DNA of 60,040 bases, filler included, from Sphacelaria rigidula (lineage: Eukaryota), in NCBI GenBank assembly GCA_964200075.2. It is 8 parts of 8 records of this genome, joined end to end, with 100 filler letters (N's around TTAATTAATTAA, not from the genome) between each part and the next. Parts side by side here need not be neighbours in the genome. Positions count along the whole stretch, not along the records: positions 22,555 to 29,972 come from CAXNAA020015018.1; positions 30,073 to 37,489 come from CAXNAA020015019.1; 6 more parts are not named here. One strand, given 5' to 3'. How positions within the stretch are numbered: the first letter of the stretch is position 1; each line of letters begins with the position of its first letter. Positions 24,208 to 37,071 of this stretch are shown here, one piece after another. Under the pieces are notes generated by a model. That model saw only the letters and a list, made by a program, of their open reading frames with translations, ran no database searches and was not told the DNA's origin. Both the position numbers and the translations under genes were made by a program.

Positions 24208-26138
24208 TGCAGGTTTGTCTTTGTGACAGGGATGACTGGGAGAATCATACGAGTACGCACCTCTCGTATCTTTCGACGGCTCAGTACTGTATTTTCAGTA
24301 CAAGTCAAGCGTTACTTTGCTTGTGGATTTCTCGCCGTGTCTGAACGAACCAGCCTGAAATTTGGCACAGAGGTAGACCACAACACAGACAGCATACTCC
24401 CGGATCGGTGGCACGTTTTACGTGGTGCGCCAGACGCTCGAAGTGAATACAGATTCTGGGCGATGCCATCGATACGCCCTCAAAACGGAGTCCCATTGGT
24501 CCACACTGTGTGAAACGTCAATGAATGCACATATGTACACGCAGATGCGCTCACTTCCACATCATGACCTACTGGGTGGCTCGTACCCCGGAAAAGGAGC
24601 ATCGATCCGTATTGGGTACACTCTCGATGATGTCGTTTTCCGCGGTATCTATCTTGGTATCGCCTGTAGAGGCACTCACTTCAGGAGGCACGGTCGTGCA
24701 AGCCCTGTCAGTGCTTTCACGGGCAATGGATATCATGTACATGTATCATTTCACATTTTCACCGCTTTTGCCGAGTTTCCTCTGGCGGCAAGGTATGTTC
24801 TCCCACACGTCCTATCGCAGCGCACCGAGAAGGCTCAGCGGTACATTACCGTTCAGGTTTGGGCGCCATCTGATACCTGTGGCTCGTGTTCTGGCCACCG
24901 AAAGCCGCTCAAACTGGCACGTTTTCGCGCGGTGTCGATCCCGAACCACAAAAGCCTCTTCAAGGTCGTGGAAAACATGACAAAATATATATTTTCGACT
25001 TGCGTCACCCCCGGAAGGCCCGTACCAACCTCCCGAAGGGGAACCTTGTATCCACTGTATAGTTTTTGTTTCAGGTCTTGTCCCCACGGCAGTGGTGAGT
25101 CTTCCAAAATTCTGGGAGGAGCCACAAATTTTGCAAGAAACGGACGAAGTCGTTGCACAACTTGAACACTGCTGAAATTTTCACAGAGGCTGCAGAGTGT
25201 TACTCCTAGCACAAAACCATTCGGGCGAGTTTTTGCGCTGCGAGTGTAGGTCTTGCCCTAGCTGATTTGATGAAAAATCTTTCAACACATCCTTGCCAGT
25301 TTGACTCTGATGCTATTTTTTGTACAAGCGTTTTTCTGTATCGCCATTGCTCTCACGAAGTTTGCGACACAAATAAGGAGCAGATATCATGTAGAGGCGC
25401 ACAGAGCTACCGCAATAAAACACCTGCGGCAAATTAGATACGCATCCGCTTTTGAGCCGTCCCGTCCAAGAGTTCAACATTGCCGTGACCCTTCTCCCAA
25501 GCCATTCACGATCCGCGCATATTGGCAGACGATGTTGAGGACAAAGACTGGCCACCTCGCACCACATGCGCCCGTTCCAATGCGTACCCACGTGTATTGC
25601 GAATGTGATCCTGCGTAGCGATCGCTCAGTATGCCGATGACGTTATTTGGCTCCTCACTTAGCACAACTATATCTAACCGGCTCGTCCTGTCTGACGTAC
25701 CAACCCTGGCTTTTGGTATGTTTGATAATATGAATTCAGATGTCTTCGATACGGCTGAGCATGCTCAAGTATTGACATTGTGGTTAACATGTTTTGTGCG
25801 ATGAACATCTTGCTATTGCAGTTCACTAGAACTTCATCCGATCCCGATCCCTCCCGCCATTGTGTAGAGGACGTCCCATTCGGAATGATCTTGCGAGTAG
25901 CGTTGTAATTGTTAATGTCAGCTGACATGAAGCATCGTCTGCGTTTAATGCAGGCAGCTGCTGACTCTCTGAAGTATGTGCCGTAAAAGTAACGCCCCTT
26001 GTTCGACAAAGCGTTTGAACTCACTTTCACCGATGGATCACGGGGTATCTTCTGTCTTCTTGGTATTTGTGTTACGTTGAGCAGTGAAATTCCAAGGGAC
26101 CACGACACGAAGGAGTCAGTGGTCGACGTAGCCAGAAA

Positions 26139-28247
26139 GTGCGCATCAACGGGGGCTTCTCCAAGCCGCCATCCCCCGGTACACAGGGCTACAAGGCGGA
26201 TGTCTGCTCCAAGCGCACTAGGGCGGGAGTGGTAGATGTGAACAAGAAGTGCAGCTACAACGGCTGCTCCACGCACCCATCGTTTTGCGTAGCGGGGAGC
26301 AAAAAGGCGGAGTTCTGCTTCAAGCATTCCAGGGCGGCAATGGTGAATGTCGTGGACAAGAAGAGCAACTACGACGGCTGCTCAACCAAGCCGTCGTATG
26401 TTGTAGCGGGGAGCAAGAAGGCGGAGGTTTGCTTCAAGCATGCCAGAGCGGGAGTGGTGAATGTGGGGAACAAGAAGTGCAGCTACAACGGCTGCTCCAC
26501 GCATCCATCGTTTGGCGTAGCGGGGAGCAAGAAGGCGGAGTTCTGCTCCAAGCATGCTAGGGCGGGAATGGTGAATGTCGTGAACAAGAAGTGTGGCCAC
26601 GAAGGCTGCTCCACCAGGCCGTCGTATGGTGTAGCGGGAAGCAAGAAGGCGGAGTTCTGCTTCAAGCATTCCAGAGCGGGAATGGTGAATGTCGTGGAGA
26701 AGTGCAGCGACGACGGCTGCTCAACCATGCCGTCGTATGGTGTAGCGGGAAGCAAGAAGGCAGAGTTCTGCTCCAAGCATTCCAGGGCGGGAATGGTGAG
26801 TGTCGTGAACAAGAAGTGCAGCTACGACGGCTGCTCAACCATGCCGTCGTATGGTGTAGCGGGGAGCAAGAAGGCGGAGTTCTGCTCCAAGCATGCCAGT
26901 GCAGGAATGGTGAATGTCGTCAACAAAAAGTGCGGCCACGAAGGCTGCTCCACCAGGCCGTCGTATGGTGTAGCGGGAAGCAAGAAGGCGGAGTTCTGCT
27001 TCAAGCATTCCAGGGCGGCAATGGTGAATGTCGTGGACAAGAAGTGCAACTACGACGGCTGCTCAACCAAGCCGTCGTTTGGTGTAGCGGGGAGCAAGAA
27101 AGCGGAGGTTTGCTTCAAGCATGCCAGAGCGGGAGTGGTGAATGTGAGGAACAAGAAGTGCAGCTACAACGGCTGCTCCACGCATCCATCGTTTGGCGTA
27201 GCGGGGAGCAAGAAGGCGGAGGTTTGCTCCAAGCATGCTAGGGCGGGAATGGTGAATGTCGTGAACAAGAAGTGCGGCTACGAGGGCTGCTCAACCACGC
27301 CGTCGTATGGTGTAGCGGGGAGCAAGAAGGGGGAATTCTGCTCCAAGCATGCCATTGCGGGAATGGTGAATGTCGTGAACAAGAAGTGCAGCTACAACGG
27401 CTGCTCCACGCATCCATCGTTTGGTGTAGCGGGGAGCAAGAAGGCGGAGGTTTGCTTCAAGCATGCTAGGGCGGGAATGGTGAATGTCGTGAACAAGAAT
27501 TGCGGCCACGAGGGCTGCTCTACGCATCCATCGTTTGGCGTAGCGGGGAGCAAGAAAGCGGAATTCTGCTCCAAGCATGCCAGGGCGGGAATGATGGGTG
27601 TGGTGAGCGAGAGGTACGATGAAAAGAGGTGGCTTGAGGTTTCTGTCCGTAACAAGCACACCTATGATGCGGCGAAGGTCTGCCGACAGAACACCCCTAC
27701 ACAAAATACAACTGTGGTGCCCTTCAACGCGAAGCTTCACACGAGGGCGGACACCCCCGTCCGTAGCCCATCGGAGGGTGGTGGAGGAACCGTTGCTGAT
27801 GCAAGGGGAACAAAACGTAAGCGCGGAGGATTGTCGTGTTGCGGGGTAAGCAACGGTGTTGGTTGTCGCCAGAGTGCGTTCGCCGGCCCCACGCAGGGTT
27901 CAAAACCAAAGCACCCAGCTTCAAGGGCCAGTGATATGTCCTCCGAGGTGAGGGCACTAAGAAAGGTAAAGGTAGAGCTCGCAGTCCCTTCTGCTTCATA
28001 TGGTGGCGATAGGGTGAGAAAGGGTCGCGACCAGGCTGGCCGCTCGAATGGTTGGACCAGGGGAGGAATGTGTAGCGCTTTGAACAGTGGTGGTGTGAGT
28101 TCGGGGCGGCTTTGTGGTTTGCCGGCTACAGTACGTGAACGCCTGGGCACACTCAATGTTGACTTTGACGAGGCAGAGGAGGATTCGAGCATGAAGTTGG
28201 AGCTGGGAGTGCCTGGTCCTTCTCCTCGGGCGTACGATGCACTGTAA
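26139..28247 (+). CDS. EsV-1-7 cysteine-rich repeat protein, locus B: 12 tandem repeats plus a low-complexity C-terminal tail
   Basis: 702-aa open frame; repeat consensus KKCSYxGCSTxPS(Y/F)GVAGSKKAEFCSKHARAGMVNVVN resembles the EsV-1-7 motif of the Ectocarpus IMMEDIATE UPRIGHT family. Start uncertain: first in-frame ATG at 26340, possible acceptor at 26083-26084, and a 1-nt shift in the degenerate upstream repeat. Confidence 0.9.
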   Translation: MRINGGFSKPPSPGTQGYKADVCSKRTRAGVVDVNKKCSYNGCSTHPSFCVAGSKKAEFCFKHSRAAMVNVVDKKSNYDGCSTKPSYVVAGSKKAEVCFKHARAGVVNVGNKKCSYNGCSTHPSFGVAGSKKAEFCSKHARAGMVNVVNKKCGHEGCSTRPSYGVAGSKKAEFCFKHSRAGMVNVVEKCSDDGCSTMPSYGVAGSKKAEFCSKHSRAGMVSVVNKKCSYDGCSTMPSYGVAGSKKAEFCSKHASAGMVNVVNKKCGHEGCSTRPSYGVAGSKKAEFCFKHSRAAMVNVVDKKCNYDGCSTKPSFGVAGSKKAEVCFKHARAGVVNVRNKKCSYNGCSTHPSFGVAGSKKAEVCSKHARAGMVNVVNKKCGYEGCSTTPSYGVAGSKKGEFCSKHAIAGMVNVVNKKCSYNGCSTHPSFGVAGSKKAEVCFKHARAGMVNVVNKNCGHEGCSTHPSFGVAGSKKAEFCSKHARAGMMGVVSERYDEKRWLEVSVRNKHTYDAAKVCRQNTPTQNTTVVPFNAKLHTRADTPVRSPSEGGGGTVADARGTKRKRGGLSCCGVSNGVGCRQSAFAGPTQGSKPKHPASRASDMSSEVRALRKVKVELAVPSASYGGDRVRKGRDQAGRSNGWTRGGMCSALNSGGVSSGRLCGLPATVRERLGTLNVDFDEAEEDSSMKLELGVPGPSPRAYDAL

Positions 28248-28653
28248 ATGACGGAATTCCTCGTACCGATCTCGTTGCTCTCGGAGAGTGTATTGGCATG
28301 TCCTCGCATATTTTGTCAGCGACCTCGAAACGTCAATCGGTCGGCATGGTATGTTTTCTTCTCGTCATGCGAAGCAGTTCGTGAGACTTAGATCCTGGTA
28401 TCCCAGTCCTACGCTCCACCAGTTTTTGTCAAAGCGTAGTTGTCATACTTGTTGGTGGTGTGCTCATACGGAAATCTGTCAAGGGCGGGCCAATTGTACA
28501 GATACCGTACAAGCTGGACCGCCCAAGATGCGACCGGGAATGTTGAAACGCGAGTCGTGCGCTCAATTCTGGATCAAATTCGATCTAAATTTGGACATAA
28601 TGTACAGGACGTATGTGCGAAAACCCCTTTTCCCCCCACTTGTTCGTTTTTTT

Positions 28654-29060
28654 CAAAGGTAGATCGAGTATACTCAATACTCAGTATTTCTGAAGAGTCA
28701 TACTTTTAGTACTCGAAATTTGAGTAGCGTATTGAAAGCCGTACCCAACCTATTTGAAATTTGAGTAGAGTATTTGAGACCATACTCAACCTACTGAGGT
28801 CATACTCGAGTGATATAGAGTATCACTCAGAGTGCTTACTCGACATTTGAGTGGTATTTGAGGTCGTATTCGACCCACTCAAAATTCGAGTATTGTAGAC
28901 CATACTCAACATACTCGACATTTGAGTACAGTATTTGAGGCCGTACTCAACCTACTCGAACTTTGAGTACAGTGTGGAGGTCATACTAAAGTAATGCTCT
29001 ATACTCGAGTATCACTAATAATGCTTACTCGATATTTGAGTAAAGTATTTGAGGTCTACA
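28654..29060. mobile_element. Non-autonomous hAT-like fragment with GAGTA / TACTC subterminal repeats
   Basis: Start CAAAGGTAGATCGAGTATACTCAAT resembles the TIR of the 53931-54130 MITE; many TTTGAGTA / ATACTCAA motifs. Confidence 0.55.
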
Positions 29061-29972
29061 CGCGGCCATTCGGCTACCCCCTATAGACCTCTGTCACCCA
29101 AGATCAGATTGCCATGTGGGCTCCTCCCATCACGGGCACATGGACTTCAGCAGCTCTAGTAATTTACTTATTAACCCTCAGCATAAGTATAGTACAGGAG
29201 AACAGGACCATATAGCCTCTCTCCACCAGAGTGGCACAACCAAGCCTACTCGCCATGGAGGTCACCATCACAGAGTCCGGCAATCAGACCCGCAACTCCA
29301 CCTTCGATGTCCCTGACCTTAGGTAACAATAGTGGCTAGGTCTACAGCACCCCCAAAGCCCTCTACTACCAACGAGTAGTTATATTAGAGCTTGACAAAC
29401 TCAGACATCATTGGTACCTGATAGTGCCGTCGTTTTCCGCAAAGAATAGCAATCTCTTCCGCTGCTTTCGACACCAACTCCATAGAAGCTTGCCCCACTT
29501 TCGAACAACTCGCAAAAGATTCCAAGAAAATGTCGTCCATCATGAACATGCAATCACGCTACGTGCACCGCTTCGAGTAACAAAGCGATAGCTAGCGCCA
29601 AAGTCTCAAATCTTCGCCCAAAACAAGTCTCTTGACTCTTCATCGGCACGAAATCGGAAATGTCAGCAAACGTTGAATTCCAGAGCATTCGTGACTCATC
29701 GCCTCTCTCATCCGAGATAAGGATCTTCTCAACATACAAAATGCACTCTTCGTACGTTCAACACCTGCGCAACGGAGTGCAATAGCCAAATGATACATCA
29801 TCCTCACGCTAGAAGGAAATAATGCACCCAACACGTCTAAAACGCACCTGACTTCTTGCTTCTGCAACACTGTAAAAACGTATGCATCGCATACCTCCCC
29901 GCCGTCAAAGCTCCAATGCTTCAAATTGCCTTCATTTAATGAAGACAATCAAAGGAAAGCCATGGCTCAAAC

Positions 29973-30072
29973 NNNNNNNNNNNNNNNNNNNNNNNNNNNN
30001 NNNNNNNNNNNNNNNNTTAATTAATTAANNNNNNNNNNNNNNNNNNNNNNNNNNNNNNNNNNNNNNNNNNNN
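29973..30072. other. Artificial contig linker
   Basis: N44-TTAATTAATTAA-N44. Confidence 0.98.
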
Positions 30073-30200
30073 TTCGGTTGTGGATGTTGTGTCGCGCGTT
30101 TGTTCTTATTTTTTCCCTGTTTCGCGATTATTTCGCTTTCCCCTGGGGATGAGTGATCGGAATCTTGTTTTAGAGTATCAGGCGTGTGTTTCCTACCCCG

Positions 30201-30231
<31 letters not shown>

Positions 30232-31804
30232 ATTTAGGACCTTTTTTATTCTCTTTTCTCTTTTCTTAAGGCTCCCTCTTAGGATAAACACGTGTAGGTA
30301 GCAGCACGGTGACTGCCAGGGGGGAAGGGGGGGGGTCAAGAGAGGAAAAAAGTTCGGTTGTGGATGTTGTGTCGCGCGTTTGTTCTTATTTTTTCCCTGT
30401 TTCGCGATTATTTCGCTTTCCCCTGGGGATGAGTGATCGGAATCTTGTTTTAGAGTATCAGGCGTGTGTTTCCTACCCCGCCCCCGCCCCCCCTGCCCCT
30501 CACACCACCCTTATCTTGGACCCCCATAGTGCTTGTTGCCCGGAGGTCGTCCCTGCGTGTCTAGCGCGTGTTTGGCTTTTGTGGAGATTTGCTTTTGCAC
30601 TCCACGATTAATGCCTTTGGATCGCAGCAGATGCAGGAATTGATCGGGAGGAGGGGGGGGAGGGAGGAGGGGGGAAGAACCGGGGGGTAAGTACAGCATT
30701 TGTCTTAATCTCGTAGCCTCAATCAAAGCTTATTGTCGATTTTCGTATTTTTCTGTTTTTGTTTGGAGGATAGGGTCATGAGAGCGTGCCGGCAATTTAT
30801 TCGCCCTTGATTTTTCGCCTGTTGGTCGGAACCCGTGAGGGGCGACGACATAAAACGTTTCCTTGCCCTTTTCTTTAATTTTGTTTTCGTCCTGTCTCTT
30901 TGCTTCTTTTTTGCCATGTGCCCGTTGGTGGTCATTGCAGTCGCGAGCTTGATTGATGATGTGGCGTTAATTTTAGTCACGAAGGGAAGCGCCTAGAAAG
31001 CGAAAATATGGTGCAAAGCTATTAGAAGCAAGTAGAGCAGGGAGGGGGGAGGGGGTGGGCGGCGGGTAGAGTTGCGGTATGATGTGGAGTCAACAGTCGT
31101 CGAGGGAGTGATGAATTAAACACTTCGGGGCTCTTACTGTGCTTGCCTGTGTTCCCTCCTTGTTATCTCTTCTGGTCTTCTCCAAATTCCCGAGGTATGA
31201 ATGTTTAGAGATTTTATACATGTATTTGGATATAATGGTATGAATCTCTTTTTGTGTCACAGTAGAGAGTCCTTGCTGAGCTTTCCAATGGCGGGCAATC
31301 GTTTGTTCTTATGCTGTGTTTGGAGATGCCTGACGGTTTGATCCCTTTTTGTCTCATTTGTTTTCGGTCTGAAAACAGGACGGAAGACGTGGAAGACTAG
31401 GGACTTGTATTTCATTTCATACACGAGACTTTTCACTCGGACAAAGTAGTCGTGGGTCCGATTTTCCAGCATTTTTCGTTCCACCCTTTTTGTACCATGC
31501 CGTGGTATTGAGACAATCAGTTTTTCTTCACGAGCTGTGGCGTAGTATACTCGAGTCAGGCAGTTCCGGAAATTTTGGAGCAGGAAAACAGCGGCATGTG
31601 ATTTGGGGCGCGGCGTCCGAAACTCGTTTTCCTTCAATCATGGTGGCTTCCCGGTGCGAAGTGCGGCTGCTTTGAATAGTCGGTAAACCGTGGCAGCATT
31701 ATTATAAAACTTGACGCACATGAGGATAGCATGTTACTTACGCAGCAAGTGCATATTTTTTTGTTCTCTCGTTTAGTGTATTTTGATAGCTCTCGGCCGT
31801 CAAA

Positions 31805-31835
<31 letters not shown>

Positions 31836-34349
31836 CGTTAAAAAATTATGAAAATAATTCCTTTTTTTTTTTTTCTTTTCGTTCGGTTTTTTTTTTNNNN
31901 NNNNNNTATTGTTAGTCTTGTTGAAATTGAGGATAACATGTTACTTACTTAGAAAATGCATATTTTTTTGTTCTCTCGTTTAGTGTATTTTGATAGCTCT
32001 CGGCCGTCAAAAGTTTTTTTTTTTTTTTCCTCTCTTCGTTTCCGTTAAAACATAATGAAAATAATCCCTTGTTTTTTCGTGCTTCGCGTTCGGTGATTCT
32101 TTGCCCCGATTGCGATCGCCTGCTGTAGTCAGTGTCTGCCCGATGCTGTTGTCCATGTCCCCCTCGTATGACAAATGTCATTCTGCAGGCGTGCAGGCGT
32201 TGACGGAACGGGGGTGTTCTTGTCTGTGTTGCAATCTTTTTAACGTTCACTGCCTATCATTCTCTCCGCGCCGGAGGCTTTCAACCAAACCAGTAGTACT
32301 ATGGTTAGCAATTGTTTGGGTTGTGATCTCAAACTCTACTTCGCCAGCCAGCCACGTGTATCCATGGAAGAAGAGGGGCCATTTGCATCTATTATTCTGT
32401 ATTTTGATATGTCAGTGCAATGGGGGAGGGTTGGGCGTTTTTGAAGTTGGGTGACGCGAGAGATGGAGAGAGGGATGCGATTTACCGCGAGCTCGGAAAA
32501 ACAATGATGACGTTTGTTGAGGGCGTTGAAAATAGTTTGGGTCATGTCAATCGAAATTGTGCTTCGGATGACACCGCCGTAAAATATCCACACCAAACAC
32601 TGGAGGTGTTGATCACTTGCCCCCTTTATAAGTGGAGGTCTGACAGGCCAGCTGCCTTTCGTGGCGGACAGTGGCGTGGTGTTTGTCGTAGAGGTACAGA
32701 GATGATACACGAAGGGAGATGGCGGAATACCTAAATATATATATATCCGGTGACATGTGTTCAGTGAAGCGGACGGAGGAGAGACAAAGAGTTGTGCATG
32801 ATACTGACATTGAGCACCGGTCCTGCGCGCTTTTTTTTTCTCGCGCGCGGATTGCTGCTAGTCGAATAGGGTTCAACTAAACTCCTTTATTTTTTGTCGA
32901 GGTGTTGGATGTTCTGTATGCCGAGCAAAGTACATCGTCACCGTATTGAGTTCCAATGTGGAGTACGGTATTCCAGCAGCAGCAAGGCCCGCCATCCGAA
33001 GAACCCGGTCGATATCGGCACGCTGCACGAGTTGAGTAATAGAATAGAACATGTGAAGAGATGACCAACATCGAGAGTGTTGAGCAGGCGGGGCTGCCCT
33101 CGGGAGTTCAAAGACGCGAAATTCACAGGTAGTTCGGGTATACTCTCATGTCGTGTGCAGCGTCCAACGATGTATGGGCGAGCAAACCGCCTCGAATCAG
33201 CAACATAACTACAACCTACACGAACAACGCCAAGTCCACCATGGATCCGGTCTTGGTTGTCGTACATGAACTAATCGACCCGCCACGAATTCGGTCCTGG
33301 TCGCAAGATGATGGACGTGCGTACCGAATCAAGGTGTGAATAAACGAGAACGCGGAGAACGAACCTCACTCGAGAAGGAAAGAGCGACCGCTAAAGACGG
33401 GAAACATATTCACGGTTAGGCCGCTTCCTATAATAAACAAAAATCACTGAATCCACGATTTCTTCGGCCTGTTTCTCCGAAAGGGAGAAAAAAGTTCATC
33501 ACTGGTCCAAGCAAGGGGTATTCACGTAACTTTTGCGCATTTCCAAGTGTGTCTGGGCTGCGTGTACCTGGGTTGCAACGCTGAAAACAAAGCCTGAGGA
33601 TTGATTCCTACTAGTCGAATCAGTAATACTAGAACCAAGTAATATACAGACGAACCATTATTTGTCCGACCCTTGAACATATTTAAGAGAGGACGAGGGA
33701 ACAGCTGTAAAAACCCGTAATATTGTCGTCATCTTTCTTTATTCCTTTTCCCTCGTCCCATGGTCACAACCACCTCCCCCATGGCCCGCCCCTGGTGGGG
33801 TGGGCCGACGTCCGCCATCTTAGACCACCCGTCGACGGCAAAGATAGGATACACGAGCTCGAGCCTCGTATCGACGACAATCCTGACTTCGGGAGATAAA
33901 AGGTACCGTGATCGCGTGATCGGTGTATCTTGCCTTGGGCAAACTTCGGCAGCAGCATGAGGTTAAGCCCTAATGCCTCGACTTCGAATCCGGAGTTCAG
34001 CCGCAGCAGAGACCGCAGTGGGAACAGCCCAGACAGAAATGGAGGGGACGCACACCGCGTGGGTACCCACAAAGGGAGCGAGGACGGAGTAGAGTCGGGG
34101 AGGGTAGGGAGTTTGCACCTGCCTGTGACACAACAAGAGCACAGCCAAATAGTCCACGACGCGATAAGAAGACGTGAACAAGAAGCAGAAAAAAGAGGAG
34201 GAGTGGGCGGGTTAGGCACGGGCTTGCCAGGAAGGCAAAACGCGAAGCCCGGGCAAGGCAGCGGAGTCCATCAGGTGAGAAAACCTCTTGCAATCTCAGA
34301 AGATTCTCGGGAGCCAACGGGTGGGGGCGAGACTAAAGTACAGCGTCTT

Positions 34350-37032
34350 GTACGAGGGAGCGAGACTAGACGTTTTGTTGGTAGGGCTGCGAGAGACAAG
34401 GAAGCTGTGACGAACAGACTGTGGCAGCAGGGTCCAGAGTCTTCTTTTTGTGAGAGCGAGCCAGGTGGGCAACATGGTATGGAGTTATAGCCGCCAAATA
34501 GTCGATTTGCAACAAGAAACCTGGCACCACCGAATACGTCCATAACCGCCTCATAGCAGGCGGTTTGAGATACCGGTTTAAAGAGGAGTTGTCAACTTCG
34601 TAGATACGTATGCACCAAGTAAAGAACGAAACAAGACGAGCGTCTGGGATGGGCTTGGCAGCCTCGAGCAGCGAATCCCGTGAAGAAAAGGAGTGCACGT
34701 GTTGGTAGACGCCAGCATGCGAGCGGGGAGGGGGAGAGAGTCCACAGGGGAAGGGCTTCTTGGTCTCTATTATGGACGCGATAAGCTGAACGATAACGGC
34801 AAAGAACTGCTGGGTTTCGCAATAGCCAACGCATTCGCTGTCACGAACATCTTCTTCGACATGCGCAACGGTGGAGTTGCGCACACTCACAACCATGCCA
34901 TAGGGAACCACGCGAGCGACTTCAAGCGCTCAGACTACGAACCACGCGGCAGGGCACACCGAGTGGAGTACGCAACGTAGCGCAAACCCGTAATCCGCAC
35001 GTCCGACCAAGTCAGATTCGGATTGGTTGCCACTGTCGACCTCGATTGCTGCCTCGCTCACAAACTCGGGGTACAAAACAAGTCGAAGCAGCGGCAATTC
35101 AGCCGACGGCAGCCGCAGGTTGAAATAGCACGGTGGCACGTGATCGAGAGGCTCTGACACAATCTTGGCGAACAACCATACCAGCAAACCACCACCACAC
35201 TGACAGCCGCGAGGGAATCTACCGAAGCCCTCCTAAAAGCAGCGCGGACAGTACTCCCGGGAGAGGTACGGTTACCAAGTTTGCTAGAGTGGTGTGCAAG
35301 CGCGGAACCAAGAGTAGTAGTAGTAATGGAGGTCGCTCTTCTTGCCAAACAAGCAACAGAAGGCACACCGACTGATGGAGAACAGCCGGACCCCAGCAAC
35401 GTGGAAAGAGCTCAGAGCTGTGTGTGAGGGAGCACGACAGCAGCATACGGCGGCATCCATGCCCATCTAGAGAGGCATGTGGCGAGGCTAGAAGTTATCT
35501 ACAAGGGTTGTGGTATAAAGGGGCCTTTATCAAAACCCCAAGAGATTCGTGCGTCTTAGCGGGAGGCTATCGGGGGGTAGCAGTTTGTCATGGACGAGAA
35601 CGGTGTTCTGCTGAGGAGCAAAGGAGGAATCCCACAACGGTGGACGAGGTTCTTCGGCACTCTACCCAGCGTTAAACCGCCCACGCTGAACCCAGCTACC
35701 ATCGAGGAGGTGAAGTAACGACTGGCAGCACCATCCACTAGAGATTCGGCACAATTTGGGTCAGCACCAACGCTGGAGGAAACTAGACAGTCCGGGGGAT
35801 GCATAACTAGCAACTCCAGGACACGACTCTTTCCCTGTAGAGCTGCTGAAGATCAATGGCCTCGTCGGAACAATCGTCCTTGCATATTTTTGTACCATTC
35901 TCTCGCCGACGTGTGGAATGGAAGAGAGGTCCTTCAAGCGAGGAAAGACGCAACAACCATCAAAGTGCTCTAGAAGAAACCGGATCGATTCAACTGCAAC
36001 AACTTCAGGGGGAACTCAGTGGTCTCGCACGCCGGAAAAATGTTTCTGAATACATCTGCCAACCACCTCAGCGACTACTGCAAAGCCCACGAGAATCTAC
36101 CGGAGGAACAGTGCGGTTCCCGACCTGATCGATCCGCCGTCGACATGTTTGTAGTACGCCGACTCCAGGAGCTGGGGCGGCGGATTATACCTGTGTACAT
36201 GGGCTTCGTCGACCTCCAGAAGGCCTACAACTCGATCGATCGAGAGCTTATGTGGAAAGCGATGGCCCGAGCTATTGTGCCGGACGAGATTGTTGCGCTT
36301 TTCCACCGAATCCACGGCGACTGTACGTCTGGGTGCGCTTAAACGACGAGCAGCTCCCTGAGTGGCTCGAGGTCACATAGGGGACTGGCAAAGATGTGTG
36401 CCATCTCCGCTGGTGTTCAATATTTCCTTCGCAACAGCGTTCGAGCTTGTCCTCGTGTAATTCAGCGAGGATGGCGTCATCCTCAAGGACATGGTGTACG
36501 AGAAGAAGGTGGCGGAGACACCACTGGAACGCGTGCGGAGAGCGGTGTTATGGTGTGCTGTATGCTGATAATACCGACGTTGTTTCGAGATCCCCAAACG
36601 GTCTAGCGAGGATCATGACCATCTTCGTGGATATCTTTGGGACTTGGGGCTAACGGTATCGGAGGAACAACCACCAAAAAAGGGGGACCCACCGTCACCA
36701 CCGAAACCACCTCCTCTGCCACTGGCCATCGAAGCAGCGCGTCACAAGTGCGCGGAGACCGCTCAGCTCCAATACTTGGGTGGGTTCGTGAATAAAGATT
36801 GCGAGCTTATCGTAAGATCAGCCATTGGAGCAGAGCAGCGTGGGTATACATCCGGGAGTGCTCCTCTTCGACCGGCCGAGAGCGCCTTGGAGAGTCAAGG
36901 CCCGACCACTGGAGCGGAGGCAATGGAAGCTCTACTGCACAGATGCATGACCTGGGCCCCGCGCCGCGAACAATACCGGTTGCTAAGGAGGACACATCGC
37001 CGGCTCTTCCTGTTAGTTATCGAGTACCAACG
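34350..37032 (+). mobile_element. Degenerate non-LTR retrotransposon (RTE-like LINE; APE endonuclease + RT)
   Basis: Fragments across frames: ETRR, GQHG, GRDKLNDNGKELLGFA..TNIFF (APE); CNNFRG..VVSHAGK, LPEEQCGSRPDRSAVDMF, FVDLQKAYNSIDRELMW, LYADN (degenerate YADD), GLTVS, QYLGG (RT). Many stops and frameshifts. Confidence 0.9.
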
Positions 37033-37071
37033 CAGTGGCTTCTCGAAAATGGGGTTGGAAAACAAAATGAG

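Noticed and set aside
24422-25165. 247-aa ORF upstream of locus B
   Set aside because: No domain signal, non-ATG start, and no matching ORF seen at locus A.
20009-28247. The two EsV-1-7 genes as a tandem cluster or integrated phaeovirus segment
   Set aside because: They are separated by a linker, and no viral core genes are recognisable; the flanks hold host-type MITEs and SINEs.
30073-30490. Identical ~130-bp direct repeat (30073-30205 / 30353-30485)
   Set aside because: At a contig edge beside a long C homopolymer; probably an assembly artefact.
31723-32100. Duplicated segment on both sides of a 10-N gap
   Set aside because: Typical unmerged overlap around poly-T tracts.
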